This document shows positions 8,503 to 17,470 of a DNA stretch of 64,000 bases, piece after piece. The notes beneath the pieces are model-generated. The model saw only the letters and a program-made list of their open reading frames with translations, was not told where the DNA came from and did no database searches. Numbering within the stretch: position 1 is the stretch's first letter; each line of letters opens with the position of its first letter. The DNA is from Candidatus Aminicenantes bacterium UBA6228 (GTDB lineage: Bacteria; Acidobacteriota; Aminicenantia; Aminicenantales; Saccharicenantaceae): the NCBI GenBank assembly GCA_002441005.1, contig DJWO01000014.1:328130-392129 (forward strand). The letters run 5' to 3'. A program made the position numbers and the translations under genes.

Positions 8503-9112
8503 CGGTATTCTCCTTTACCTTAATCTTCCTGGAGTTGCCCTGGCTGTCTTTAATCAATATCTCCCCGGGAGTGATTTTAACCAGTTTGAGACCAGGAATA
8601 ATCTCCTCCCCCTCAGTCAGAGCCAAGGCCTGGCCATCAATCAAAATCAGGGCCAGAGCCTTCTGCCCCGAAAAAATAAGGCCGCTATATATAAAATTTA
8701 GGCTTTCGAGAAGCGAAGTATTTTGTTGTCCGGCCAGAAGCTCATTATCTGATATTTGAAACTCTGGTCTTTCATCCATAATCTCTTCTCCGGCCATCTC
8801 TCCTCCCTCGATGGCCGCTCTGTCCTGGGCAGCATTAAGCGACGAGGGCCGGAAAAGATCTCTTCGGGCCACGGCCAGGTCCGGATTTAATTGAGGTAAT
8901 TGATTTTTTTTCAACAAAGAAGAGACCGGGGGAGAAGAAGCCTTTCCCGCCCGGCCAGGCTCCTGGCTTTCCTGCTCCTGATTTGACTGCCCGGCTAAGA
9001 GCGAACAGGACATTATGATCAGAATGCTCAGATTGATAGAAACCAGTGCTGAAGGCTTAAACGGCCAGCGTCTCACTACCTTGAGCCTGCCACCAACAGC
9101 TTTATTTTTCAT
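8495..9112 (-). CDS. pilP: PilP-like pilus assembly lipoprotein
   Basis: The position between pilO and pilQ fits PilP. The C-terminal region (ALALILIDGQALALTEGEEIIPGLKLVKITPGEILIKD) resembles the PilP fold. The N-terminus is hydrophobic. Confidence 0.45.
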   Translation of the reverse strand: MKNKAVGGRLKVVRRWPFKPSALVSINLSILIIMSCSLLAGQSNQEQESQEPGRAGKASSPPVSSLLKKNQLPQLNPDLAVARRDLFRPSSLNAAQDRAAIEGGEMAGEEIMDERPEFQISDNELLAGQQNTSLLESLNFIYSGLIFSGQKALALILIDGQALALTEGEEIIPGLKLVKITPGEILIKDSQGNSRKIKVKENTDD

Positions 9113-9683
9113 AATAATACCCCGCCACGGTTAGCCTTAAATCAACCAATCCTGACAGGTTATCTATTTTCTGAAAATTGATCTGGTCAAGGAGCCAGAT
9201 TCTCGGCCAGCTCTCCAGTTCATACATAAATTTCTTTAACATGGGGTAAGAAAGGGACAGCCCGAAAGAAGCCGACAGCCGGCGGAATTCCTTTTTTTGA
9301 TCTTCCTCATATTGATAGCTTATAGCCGGCACAGGTCTACCTGCTTTTTGAAAAAGCTGGGTCAAATCCTGACGAAAGGTATCCATTCCTCCCTGTCCGG
9401 CATAAAACCAGGTCTTCTTAATTTCAGCCAGGTCGGTTTGCGTCTCCTGCCAGGATTTCAATTCAGCCAGCGTTTCCTCTGTTCTGACTGCCAGCTTATC
9501 CACTTCCGACTGAAGAGCCAGGGCCTGTTCTCTCAGTCCATCCAGCCTTCTGGCCCAGAAGAAAAGCGTTATGATCAATAAGCCGAACATCACTAAACCG
9601 GTTAGACTAATCCTCTTGAGGAATTTTCTTTCCTTTTCAGTCAACTGTTCACTTAGTTTCGGCATATTGAAAATCCATTTCAA
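9102..9683 (-). CDS. pilO: PilO-like inner-membrane pilus assembly protein
   Basis: 193 aa with a single TM helix followed by a coiled-coil. Gene order is pilM-pilN-pilO-pilP-pilQ. Confidence 0.55.
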   Translation of the reverse strand: MKWIFNMPKLSEQLTEKERKFLKRISLTGLVMFGLLIITLFFWARRLDGLREQALALQSEVDKLAVRTEETLAELKSWQETQTDLAEIKKTWFYAGQGGMDTFRQDLTQLFQKAGRPVPAISYQYEEDQKKEFRRLSASFGLSLSYPMLKKFMYELESWPRIWLLDQINFQKIDNLSGLVDLRLTVAGYYYEK

Positions 9684-10224
9684 CCTGCAATTCCCCGGCT
9701 GCGAAGTCTTCGCTTAAAACCCGTATTTGACTGTATCCACGGCTGGCCAGATTTTTAATGAGCTGGCTCAGATCAGCTCTACTGGCCAGTCCGGCTTTTA
9801 TTCTAAATTCAAAACCAGCTTCATTCCGGCTCGGATTTAAATTGACCAGATAAGCGCCCGCCGGCAAAGCCTGTTCCAGATTATCAAAAAAGATTGTCCA
9901 CGAAAAAGATTTCCTGGCCAGCAAAGTATTGACTTCATCTACAGCTGTTTTCAACTGCTTTTTTAAATTATCCGTTTCCCGGGTTAGCTGATTGTGTTGA
10001 GAAGAGATAACTGACTTTTCATCAGCCAGACGCTGGTAGCTGGTCTCCATTACCCGGTCAAGGGAAAAATTCTTAATATTTAACACTATCAATAGAATCA
10101 ATAAGATCCCGGTCAGCACTCCCCCTCCAACACTCAGAAACCGGAAAGCCCTTAAATTCCGGCGGGGCTGGCTGGCCAGATTAATAATAAGATCCCAGCC
10201 GGCCTGATTTTCTTTAGCCAGCAT
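9649..10224 (-). CDS. pilN: PilN-like pilus assembly protein
   Basis: 191 aa with an N-terminal TM anchor and a coiled-coil. Its start overlaps the pilM stop (10224), which fits the PilM-binding partner. Confidence 0.6.
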   Translation of the reverse strand: MLAKENQAGWDLIINLASQPRRNLRAFRFLSVGGGVLTGILLILLIVLNIKNFSLDRVMETSYQRLADEKSVISSQHNQLTRETDNLKKQLKTAVDEVNTLLARKSFSWTIFFDNLEQALPAGAYLVNLNPSRNEAGFEFRIKAGLASRADLSQLIKNLASRGYSQIRVLSEDFAAGELQVEMDFQYAETK

Positions 10225-11111
10225 TATTGCCCTCCAAGGAGCGGCGCCAACCTGGGATACTCAGGATATAATTCGGCAATTTCAACGCCGGTAGTCTGTT
10301 CAATCGTCCCGATTAAGCTGGTTGTTTCAGGTAAGCCCGATCTGAGAAAAATTACCTGTGGTTTTTTCTTATTTTTACTCTCAATAAACTGAATAGTATT
10401 TTCAACTTCATTAAGAATCTGGCTATCCAGGCCGGCTGCTTCTGGCCAGAGGGGCTTCTGGCGGTAAATAGACAATACCTGGCCGGCTACTCCCACCAGA
10501 CTGAGATAATCATAGTCGGCATCGATCAAAAGATAATCCGCGACTTCTTTCCCATTCAGCAAACTCAGAAGTGAAATAGAAGGAATAGTAACCTTGCCAG
10601 GCTGCAGTTTCTTCTGGCGGAAAATTTCTTCATAATCTCTGACGACAGCCAGCCCGGAACAAACCGCTAAAACTTTCTTCCCGTCTTGTGAATCAAATGT
10701 TTGATAGGAATAGCGAAGACCGGCTAGCGGTTGAGCCAGAGCTTTTTCCAGACGCCACTCAATAAATTTTGTCAAATCATTTCCAGATAACGAGCCATTT
10801 TCCGCTGAAAAAATTAAAGCCCTGGCACTTATTTCCGGCAAAACTATTGAAATTGAATTTCCAGCCGGTTTCAGCTGATTTATAGACTGATCAATAAGCT
10901 CTTCAATTACTGCCGGTTGTTTAATATTCGGTTGTAACCAGTTGGCTTCAATCACCCCTTCTGGCAGGCGAGCCTCGAAATATGATTTTTCACTTCCCCT
11001 GGCAGTGGCTCCAGGCCGGAAGCAGGCAAAAAATGACGGAGAAAGCTGGAAAACAGCCGAGGGGACGGGCGGCTCGAAGAAGAATTTTTGCCAGCGGTTA
11101 AAAATGCTCAT
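10224..11111 (-). CDS. pilM: Type IV pilus assembly protein PilM (actin-like ATPase fold)
   Basis: 295 aa with a PilM/FtsA-like fold. It is the first of the MNOPQ genes. Confidence 0.7.
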   Translation of the reverse strand: MSIFNRWQKFFFEPPVPSAVFQLSPSFFACFRPGATARGSEKSYFEARLPEGVIEANWLQPNIKQPAVIEELIDQSINQLKPAGNSISIVLPEISARALIFSAENGSLSGNDLTKFIEWRLEKALAQPLAGLRYSYQTFDSQDGKKVLAVCSGLAVVRDYEEIFRQKKLQPGKVTIPSISLLSLLNGKEVADYLLIDADYDYLSLVGVAGQVLSIYRQKPLWPEAAGLDSQILNEVENTIQFIESKNKKKPQVIFLRSGLPETTSLIGTIEQTTGVEIAELYPEYPRLAPLLGGQ

Positions 11112-11114
11112 TGG

Positions 11115-12725
11115 CTACTCAACAAAGGTCACCTTATTCAAATCCTTCAGGCTGGTCACGCCGGAGAAAAGCTTCTCCAGCCCTGACTGCCGGATAGGAA
11201 CCATACCTTCTGACTCAGCCAGTTTCCTCACCTCAGACAGAGGTTTTCGAACCAGAATCATTTCCCGGATTTCATCCGAAAGTTCCAGCAATTCAGCAAT
11301 AGCCGTTCTTCCCCGGTATCCAGTCTGGTGGCATTCCGGGCAGCCCCGGGGCTCATAAAAGACCTGGTTTCTGTATTTTTCAGGTGACAGGCCGGAGAGC
11401 TCCAGCGTTAAATCATCATACTGGACAGGAGCCTTGCACTTGGGACATAAGACCCGCACCAGCCGTTGAGCCAGAATGCAATTAAGAGACGAAATAAAGC
11501 TATAGGGATCAACATGCATATGTAGGAACCGGCCAATGACATCAAAAACATTATTGGCGTGAACAGTGGTAAAGACCAGATGCCCGGTCAGGGCTGACTG
11601 GATGGCAATCTGAGCTGTTTCCGGGTCGCGAATTTCGCCCACCATGATTTTGTCCGGGTCATGGCGAAGAATTGATCTTAAGCCACGCTCGAAAGTCAGG
11701 CCTTTCTTCTCATTGACCTGAATCTGAGTGATACCCTCAATTTGATATTCAACCGGATCTTCAATGGTGACAATCTTATCTTCAGGCGATTTGATCTCGG
11801 TTAAAGCTGCATAGAGAGTGGTGGTTTTCCCGCTGCCGGTCGGGCCGGTGACCAGGATCATCCCATAAGGCTGGACGATATACCGCCTGAATTTTCTTAG
11901 AATTTCATCAGAAAAGCCAAGCAAATCAAGCCTCAACTCGGCAAAAGCTTCGGTGATCATTTCCTTATCGAGGATTCTGATGACGGCGTCTTCGCCATAA
12001 ATACAAGGCATAATCGAAACCCGGAAATCAATCGTTTTATCTTTAATTTTGAGCCGGAACCGGCCATCCTGGGGCACCCGCCGCTCGGAAATGTCCAGGT
12101 CAGACATAATTTTTATCCTGGAAATAATCAGCGATTGAAATTGCCGGTCAATAGGTTCCATGGCTTCAGTCAAAACACCATCGATCCTGAATTTTATCCG
12201 GACAACATTCTCTTTCGACTCGATATGAATATCACTAGCCCTTTTTTGAACGGCAGTAAAAATGATGGTATTGACCAGTTTGATGATCGAGCCATCCTGT
12301 TCGGTGAGTTTCTCAATGGTAATAACGTCCTCTTCTTCGCCACTCTCCTTTTCTACCACCTGGTGAATAAAACCCTCAGTTGCTTCTTTGAGGACCTGAG
12401 AAGCCGTCTCGCTGCGCCGCAGGGCTTCCTGTACAGCTCTCAGGCTGGCGGCATAGACCGCCACCTTCCGGCTGAAAAAAGTCTCAATGCTGTCAATGGC
12501 TGCCAGATCGGAGGGATCGGCCATGGCTATTTTTAAGACCCGGCCATCATCCTCCAGAGGCACAAAATTATAGTGATACAAAAAATCAACTGGAAAAGAT
12601 TGAACCAGCTCCCGGTTTAGTTCAAAACTCCCCAGGTCAAGATAATTAACATGATATTTTTCGGCCAGGCGCCTGGCTTCATTTTCTTCGGCCTGAAGCA
12701 ACCCGTCAATGTCGCCTTTGGTCAC
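11115..12725 (-). CDS. pilB: Type IV pilus assembly ATPase PilB (GspE family) with an N-terminal GspE-N domain
   Basis: 536 aa. Walker A (GPTGSGKTT), Asp and His boxes, and a tetracysteine motif (CPKC...CPEC) are present. Confidence 0.92.
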   Translation of the reverse strand: MTKGDIDGLLQAEENEARRLAEKYHVNYLDLGSFELNRELVQSFPVDFLYHYNFVPLEDDGRVLKIAMADPSDLAAIDSIETFFSRKVAVYAASLRAVQEALRRSETASQVLKEATEGFIHQVVEKESGEEEDVITIEKLTEQDGSIIKLVNTIIFTAVQKRASDIHIESKENVVRIKFRIDGVLTEAMEPIDRQFQSLIISRIKIMSDLDISERRVPQDGRFRLKIKDKTIDFRVSIMPCIYGEDAVIRILDKEMITEAFAELRLDLLGFSDEILRKFRRYIVQPYGMILVTGPTGSGKTTTLYAALTEIKSPEDKIVTIEDPVEYQIEGITQIQVNEKKGLTFERGLRSILRHDPDKIMVGEIRDPETAQIAIQSALTGHLVFTTVHANNVFDVIGRFLHMHVDPYSFISSLNCILAQRLVRVLCPKCKAPVQYDDLTLELSGLSPEKYRNQVFYEPRGCPECHQTGYRGRTAIAELLELSDEIREMILVRKPLSEVRKLAESEGMVPIRQSGLEKLFSGVTSLKDLNKVTFVE

Positions 12726-12741
12726 GGCTATCTCCTTTTTG

Positions 12742-13944
12742 TTACCTGGTTATTCTAACGATATTAAAAATTGGCAAATAAATCGAAAGAATCATCACCG
12801 CTGCCACTAGTCCGATAAAAATGATGATCACCGGCTCGATCAGAGAAACCAGCGTTTGTATTTTATCGCGCAAAGCCTGATCATAAAAATCAGCCACTTC
12901 ACTTAACATGCCGGGCAAATTAGCCGAGCTTTCACCAATCCGGATCATATCGGTGGCCAGAGGCGGAAAAATTCCAGCACTGGCCAGAGAATCATAAAGA
13001 CTCTGCCCGCTGGTCAGTTTTTCTGCCACCGTTTCGAGCCTGGAGGAAATATAGCGGTTAGTCACGGCCAGCCTGGCCACATTGACCGAGGGGACCAGAG
13101 TAATGCCGGCTTCCAGCAGCAACCCGAGAGTCCGGCTGTAAAGAGACACAGCTGAATCCTGAACTAAATAACGAGAGTAAGGCAGATGAAGTTTCAGCCG
13201 GTCATTCAAAATCATAAACTCCGGCCGGCGGCGCAAACTAATTATGGCCAGGACGATTACTATCACCAACAGCACCAGCCAGAGCAGGTTTTTCTGCAAA
13301 AAGGTAGCCAGAGAGATTAAGCCCCTGGTTATAGCCGGCAGTTGAGCCCCAAAATCAGCATAAAAAGAAGCAAATCTGGGCAAAACTAAAACGACCAGAA
13401 TGCCAATCAGGATTAGCGAAAATATGATCAGCAGAGTTGGATAGAGAAGTGCTGACCGGACCCTGGTGCGGGTTTGCGTTATGACTTGAGCATATTCGAG
13501 GTAACGCTTGATCGACCCGGGAAGGTTGCCGCTTCTTTCCCCGGCCAGGAGAGAAGCTGTATAAACCTTGGAAAACAGGTGTTCGTAGGGAGAAAAAGCT
13601 TCCGACAGCGTCCGGCCTTTTCTGATTTCCTCCTCCACCTGGCCGACAATTTCCCTCAGGTAGGGATTTTCAATTCTTTTTTCCATCAGTTCCAGGCTCT
13701 TTAGGACCGGATAGCCAGCTTTGAGCATAGCCACCAGTTCCTGATTAAAAAGAATAAACTCCTGCTGCTTGATTTTGCGGCGAGATAAACGAAGGCGGCC
13801 GAGACTTATTTCTTTCCGGATAGACAGGACATAGAGCCCCTCCGCTTCCAGATGTTTACGGCATTCAGCTGGCGAGGCGGCCCTGATTGTTTCCCTGACA
13901 ATTCGCCCCTCAGGAGTTATAAGACGGCAGAAATAACCAGGCAT
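12742..13944 (-). CDS. pilC: Type IV pilus inner-membrane platform protein PilC (GspF family)
   Basis: 400 aa with two GspF repeats and three TM segments. It is the first gene of the operon. Confidence 0.9.
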   Translation of the reverse strand: MPGYFCRLITPEGRIVRETIRAASPAECRKHLEAEGLYVLSIRKEISLGRLRLSRRKIKQQEFILFNQELVAMLKAGYPVLKSLELMEKRIENPYLREIVGQVEEEIRKGRTLSEAFSPYEHLFSKVYTASLLAGERSGNLPGSIKRYLEYAQVITQTRTRVRSALLYPTLLIIFSLILIGILVVLVLPRFASFYADFGAQLPAITRGLISLATFLQKNLLWLVLLVIVIVLAIISLRRRPEFMILNDRLKLHLPYSRYLVQDSAVSLYSRTLGLLLEAGITLVPSVNVARLAVTNRYISSRLETVAEKLTSGQSLYDSLASAGIFPPLATDMIRIGESSANLPGMLSEVADFYDQALRDKIQTLVSLIEPVIIIFIGLVAAVMILSIYLPIFNIVRITR

Positions 13945-13975
13945 TTACCTTCTCAATCTTTGCCTTTCAGTCGTT

Positions 13976-14011
13976 ATCTTAAGATAGCCTGAAGCTATTG
14001 TCAATTGACAA
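13976..14011 (-). promoter_or_regulatory. Putative sigma-70 promoter of the pilC-Q operon, embedded in the perfect palindrome TTGTCAATTGACAA (13998-14011)
   Basis: On the minus strand: TTGACA, a 17-bp spacer, TAAGAT, then about 30 nt to the pilC ATG. The 14-bp palindrome provides TTGACA on both strands. Confidence 0.5.
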
Positions 14012-14174
14012 CTGCCTGGCCAGGGTTTGACCCAAGTGTCCTTCACCGGCCTGAAAAACCTAAGTTAATAAAAAACCATCAGGCTGGTCAGACCCTGTCA
14101 TCAATAGATGTTCACTTAATGACTTAAGGTGGCCAGGAGGATAAGGGTTTCAAAAAATAAATTTTTTAAAAATA

Positions 14175-14210
14175 GTTGACAAATGTCATAAATTGTATTA
14201 TGTTGTCAAC
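14175..14210 (+). promoter_or_regulatory. Promoter/operator of the XRE-family gene: -35 TTGACA (14176-14181) and -10 TATGTT/TATTAT, bracketed by the inverted repeat GTTGACAA (14175-14182) ... TTGTCAAC (14203-14210)
   Basis: Read directly from the sequence. The RBS AGGAAG lies 6 nt before the ATG at 14239. Confidence 0.55.
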
Positions 14211-14238
14211 CAGAAGAGGGTCTTAAAAGGAAGCATGT

Positions 14239-15507
14239 ATGGGAACATCTAACGACAGATCAAAGGTGGATGCGACCTTCCCGTTAAGGTTGAGAGCAGC
14301 CCGTTTGAAGGCCGGCCTTAGTCTCGAGGACCTGGCCTGCAAGCTCGGGGGAATAGTCAGCCGCCAGGCCATTGCCAAGTATGAAAAGGGCCTGGCCGCC
14401 CCATCTCCCGAAGTCCTTGAACACCTCCTCCAGGTCCTCGAGATCCCGGCTCCACCTGAAGAGGTCACTTCTTTAAGTTGTTTCACAGATAATTTTAGAG
14501 CTCGAAATGTTTCTTATAAAAGAAAAAGTAATACTGCCAGGCAAGACCTCAACTTGAAAAAAACCGGGGCTGACAACCAGCTAGCTGAAGACAAAAAGCT
14601 GGAGTGGTTGGAACCGACTCGGGTTTATTTTTGCCTCAATAGACAGGACCTTCAGCCGGCCAACATTCAAAAGGATAAGGAAAAAGAATCATTTATCTTC
14701 CGCTGCGGTTTGAAGCTTAGCTCGAAACAACTTACTGCCCTGAGAGTCCAGATCGCAGAAAAGATGGAAAAATATCTCCGTCTTGAATCGCTGCTTAAGG
14801 CAGAACTTAAGTTCACGGTTGGATTGAGCAATTCTTCCCTTGCCAACCCTGACCAAACTGAACAGGCTGCCGGGGAATTACGCCAGCTCTGGGATCTGGG
14901 AACTGGCCCGGTAGTCAATATTCTAACTTTTCTTGAAGACCGGGGAATAAAAATTTTTAGGTTAGCCGGTCCGGAAGGTTTTGAAAGCTGTTCTGGATTC
15001 TATCTTGACTCACCTTTTATTGCCGTCAATGACAACCTGCCGGTTGACCGGCTAAGATTTAAAACCTCAACTGAGCTGGCTCAGATTTTATTTGGTTTCT
15101 CTGAAGATCCAGCGCAGTCGAAACTCTATAACCGCTGGGCGGCGGCTTTTTTAATGCCGGCCAGGAAGCTCGAAGAATATTTTTTGCCGGCTGGCCGGAA
15201 AATTGCCCTGAGTGAGCTGGCCGAAATAAAATTGCGCTATGGAATTTCTTTGCAGGCCATCATGTACCGGGCTTATGATCTTGGCCTGATAACCGAGCGG
15301 CGGTTAAGAGCCTTTAGAGAATTGCTCAATCAAAAAGGCTGGCTGACTAAAGAACCAGTGGCTTACCGGGGCGAAGAGTTCCCTCAGCGGTTTAAAAGAC
15401 TGATTCATTATGCTATCTCCTCAGAAATTCTTGACCTTAAAACAGCCGCTTCTTTGGCCGAAACTACGCCGGAAGATTTGTGCCAGGAGATTGGAGACAT
15501 TTTTTAA
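14239..15507 (+). CDS. XRE-family HTH protein fused to a degenerate ImmA/IrrE-type (M78-like) metallopeptidase domain that lacks the HExxH motif
   Basis: The N-terminus is a classic HTH_XRE (LRAARLKAGLSLEDLACKLGGIVSRQAIAKYEKG). The C-terminal region has ImmA/IrrE-family hallmarks (YNRWAAAFLMPARKLEEYF; LAEIKLRYGISLQAIMYRAYDLGLI). At the position of the family's Zn-binding HExxH the sequence is STELAQ (...RLRFKTSTELAQILFG...), so both catalytic His residues are absent. Confidence 0.65.
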   Translation: MGTSNDRSKVDATFPLRLRAARLKAGLSLEDLACKLGGIVSRQAIAKYEKGLAAPSPEVLEHLLQVLEIPAPPEEVTSLSCFTDNFRARNVSYKRKSNTARQDLNLKKTGADNQLAEDKKLEWLEPTRVYFCLNRQDLQPANIQKDKEKESFIFRCGLKLSSKQLTALRVQIAEKMEKYLRLESLLKAELKFTVGLSNSSLANPDQTEQAAGELRQLWDLGTGPVVNILTFLEDRGIKIFRLAGPEGFESCSGFYLDSPFIAVNDNLPVDRLRFKTSTELAQILFGFSEDPAQSKLYNRWAAAFLMPARKLEEYFLPAGRKIALSELAEIKLRYGISLQAIMYRAYDLGLITERRLRAFRELLNQKGWLTKEPVAYRGEEFPQRFKRLIHYAISSEILDLKTAASLAETTPEDLCQEIGDIF

Positions 15508-15657
15508 CCGGGCCGGGGCCCTGATTACCCTGGCTGTCAGGTTAGAGGGGAGTTGATGATGGGTTTTATTTTGAACATTCCGCCTTAGCGAAAGAGACAG
15601 GAACAGGGGAAATTGACTTAATTTATCAGGTCTTTTTTTGGAAAGAAGGAGTCTATT

Positions 15658-16734
15658 ATGCCAAAACTTATTGATTCTTATCTTTTAGAAATGGAAATTG
15701 GCCAGCCCCAGACAGCTGGAGAGATAGCCGTTTTTCCACTTAAATCCAGCCGGAATCCTGGTCCTGAGTATATAACTTTAGCCGAGGCCCTGGCCAGCGG
15801 CCAATTAACGGTCACCGAGGTCAGCCACGGTGGATCTGTCCCGGAGTTAAAAGCGGTAAATCAAGGGGGAAAAGCGGTGCTGATGCTGGATGGCGAGGAA
15901 CTGGTTGGGGCCAAACAAAACCGGGTCCTGAATACTACTATCTGGGTGGCGCCAGGAACCAGCCTGGTTATTCCGGTTAGCTGCGTGGAAAGAAACCGCT
16001 GGTCCGGTCTTCATCATCCCGTAGAGAAATCAGACAATGTGATGGTTCATTCCATGCGGCTTAAAAAAGTTCAAAGTGTCAATAAGAACTTAGAAAAAAA
16101 GGCCGGCTTTAAAAGCGATCAGTCTGAAGTCTGGCGGGAACTGGATAGGGCTTGTTACTTACTTAACGTGGATTCACCCACCGCTGCCATGAGAGATATT
16201 TATGAAAGGCGGAAGACTGAACTAGAAAACTACTTAAAGGCTTTCAGGCCCGTTCCCGGCCAGCAAGGCTTGCTGGTTTTTTGGGCTGGAAAACCTCTGG
16301 GCTGTGATTTCATTTCCAGAGAAGAAGCCCTGGCCAGTTTGTTTCAAAAGCTGCTTAAAAGCTACCTGCTCGAAGTCATAATGGTCAGTCAGGATAGAGG
16401 AACCGGAGACCAGGAAGGTAAAAGCCAGAAAGTTAAGGGTCCAGCCAGACAGAAACCAACTGTTCCTGGAATAAAAAAAGCCAGAAACTTCCTGTCCAAA
16501 GCGGCTCAAGCCGAAGAGAAAAGATATAAAGCTACCGGTTCAGGTCAAGCCTGCCGCTATTGCCATCAGGATTTAGCCGGGGCTTCGCTGGAAATAGACA
16601 ATTTTATTCCCCATTTTGTTTTTTTAGCCACCGAAAAAGGTTCGCGGTTCAGAAATTACCGGAATAGAGAAAATTTCTCCGGATTAAGGGACAGGAAAGC
16701 CTTCCTTTCCAGAAGTGGAGATGACCTTAAATAA
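15658..16734 (+). CDS. Uncharacterised protein with an N-terminal conserved domain that I recall as ARPP-1-like (domain of unknown function) and a C-terminal CxxC region
   Basis: 358 aa with a strong RBS (AAGGAG). The N-terminal roughly 115 aa (AVFPL...ITLAEALASGQLTVTEVSHGGSVPELKAVNQGGKAVLMLDGEELVGAKQNRVLNTTIW...VIPVSCVERNRW) carry the signature I associate with the ARPP-1-like family, written here from memory and not database-checked. The C-terminus contains GQACRYCHQD. No signal peptide is seen. Confidence 0.5.
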   Translation: MPKLIDSYLLEMEIGQPQTAGEIAVFPLKSSRNPGPEYITLAEALASGQLTVTEVSHGGSVPELKAVNQGGKAVLMLDGEELVGAKQNRVLNTTIWVAPGTSLVIPVSCVERNRWSGLHHPVEKSDNVMVHSMRLKKVQSVNKNLEKKAGFKSDQSEVWRELDRACYLLNVDSPTAAMRDIYERRKTELENYLKAFRPVPGQQGLLVFWAGKPLGCDFISREEALASLFQKLLKSYLLEVIMVSQDRGTGDQEGKSQKVKGPARQKPTVPGIKKARNFLSKAAQAEEKRYKATGSGQACRYCHQDLAGASLEIDNFIPHFVFLATEKGSRFRNYRNRENFSGLRDRKAFLSRSGDDLK

Positions 16735-17099
16735 GAACCTGAGAGACTGGCCGGATGTAAGCCGAAGCCTGGAAAGGCCGGGCCAATCGGCGAACTTTTC
16801 CTGCCTTGATGGGCCATCGCTTAGATCATTTCCGGCCAATGAACAGGCTCAAATTGCTTATTCTATTTTGTATCTGATCAGCCTCAATCAGTTTTTCTAT
16901 AGCAGCCGGTACCAGTCGAAAAGAAAAATTCACCTGATCAACTGACCTATCCGGGGAAAAAGGTCAGAGTGGAAAAGAGCCGGGTTCAGCCAAAAGTGAG
17001 TTAAAAAGGATAGGGAAACCTGGCAGAGACCTCTTAAAACACCTGGCTTCAGGGAAAGGAGTTGACAAGAGCTGATATTAGTCTTATTTAAATATTGTT

Positions 17100-17405
17100 A
17101 TGAAGGGAAGAAGGCTAAAGGTCACTTCAATTGTGGTTATAGGGTTGCTTTTTATGTTATCAGCCTGGTTAGTTTTTGGCCAGGAGGTGGAAAAACAAGA
17201 AAAGTCAAGCGTGCCGTCCCAAACCACACCCCCCCAAACCCCGCCCCAGGAGGTTCAAAAACCAAAACTTGACTATATGAGCACTTTTTTGTCACGTGAC
17301 ACTACACCTCTTGGCTTGAAGGAAGACCAGGAGATCCGCCAGCTTTTGAAGCAGTCGCGTTCAAAATGGATGGTAAGAGCCGGGGTAAGAAATATCCTGA
17401 ACTAA
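17100..17405 (+). CDS. Small secreted Pro/Thr/Gln-rich protein (hypothetical)
   Basis: 101 aa with a signal peptide/TM helix (IVVIGLLFMLSAWLVFG) and a low-complexity TTPPQTPPQE stretch. A promoter-like TTGACA-17-TATTTA lies at 17062-17090. Confidence 0.4.
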   Translation: MKGRRLKVTSIVVIGLLFMLSAWLVFGQEVEKQEKSSVPSQTTPPQTPPQEVQKPKLDYMSTFLSRDTTPLGLKEDQEIRQLLKQSRSKWMVRAGVRNILN

Positions 17406-17470
17406 ATTTTTTTGGATTCTTGATTCATTTTTTTGGATTTACTATATTATCCTTATAAGACAGCAGGTTC

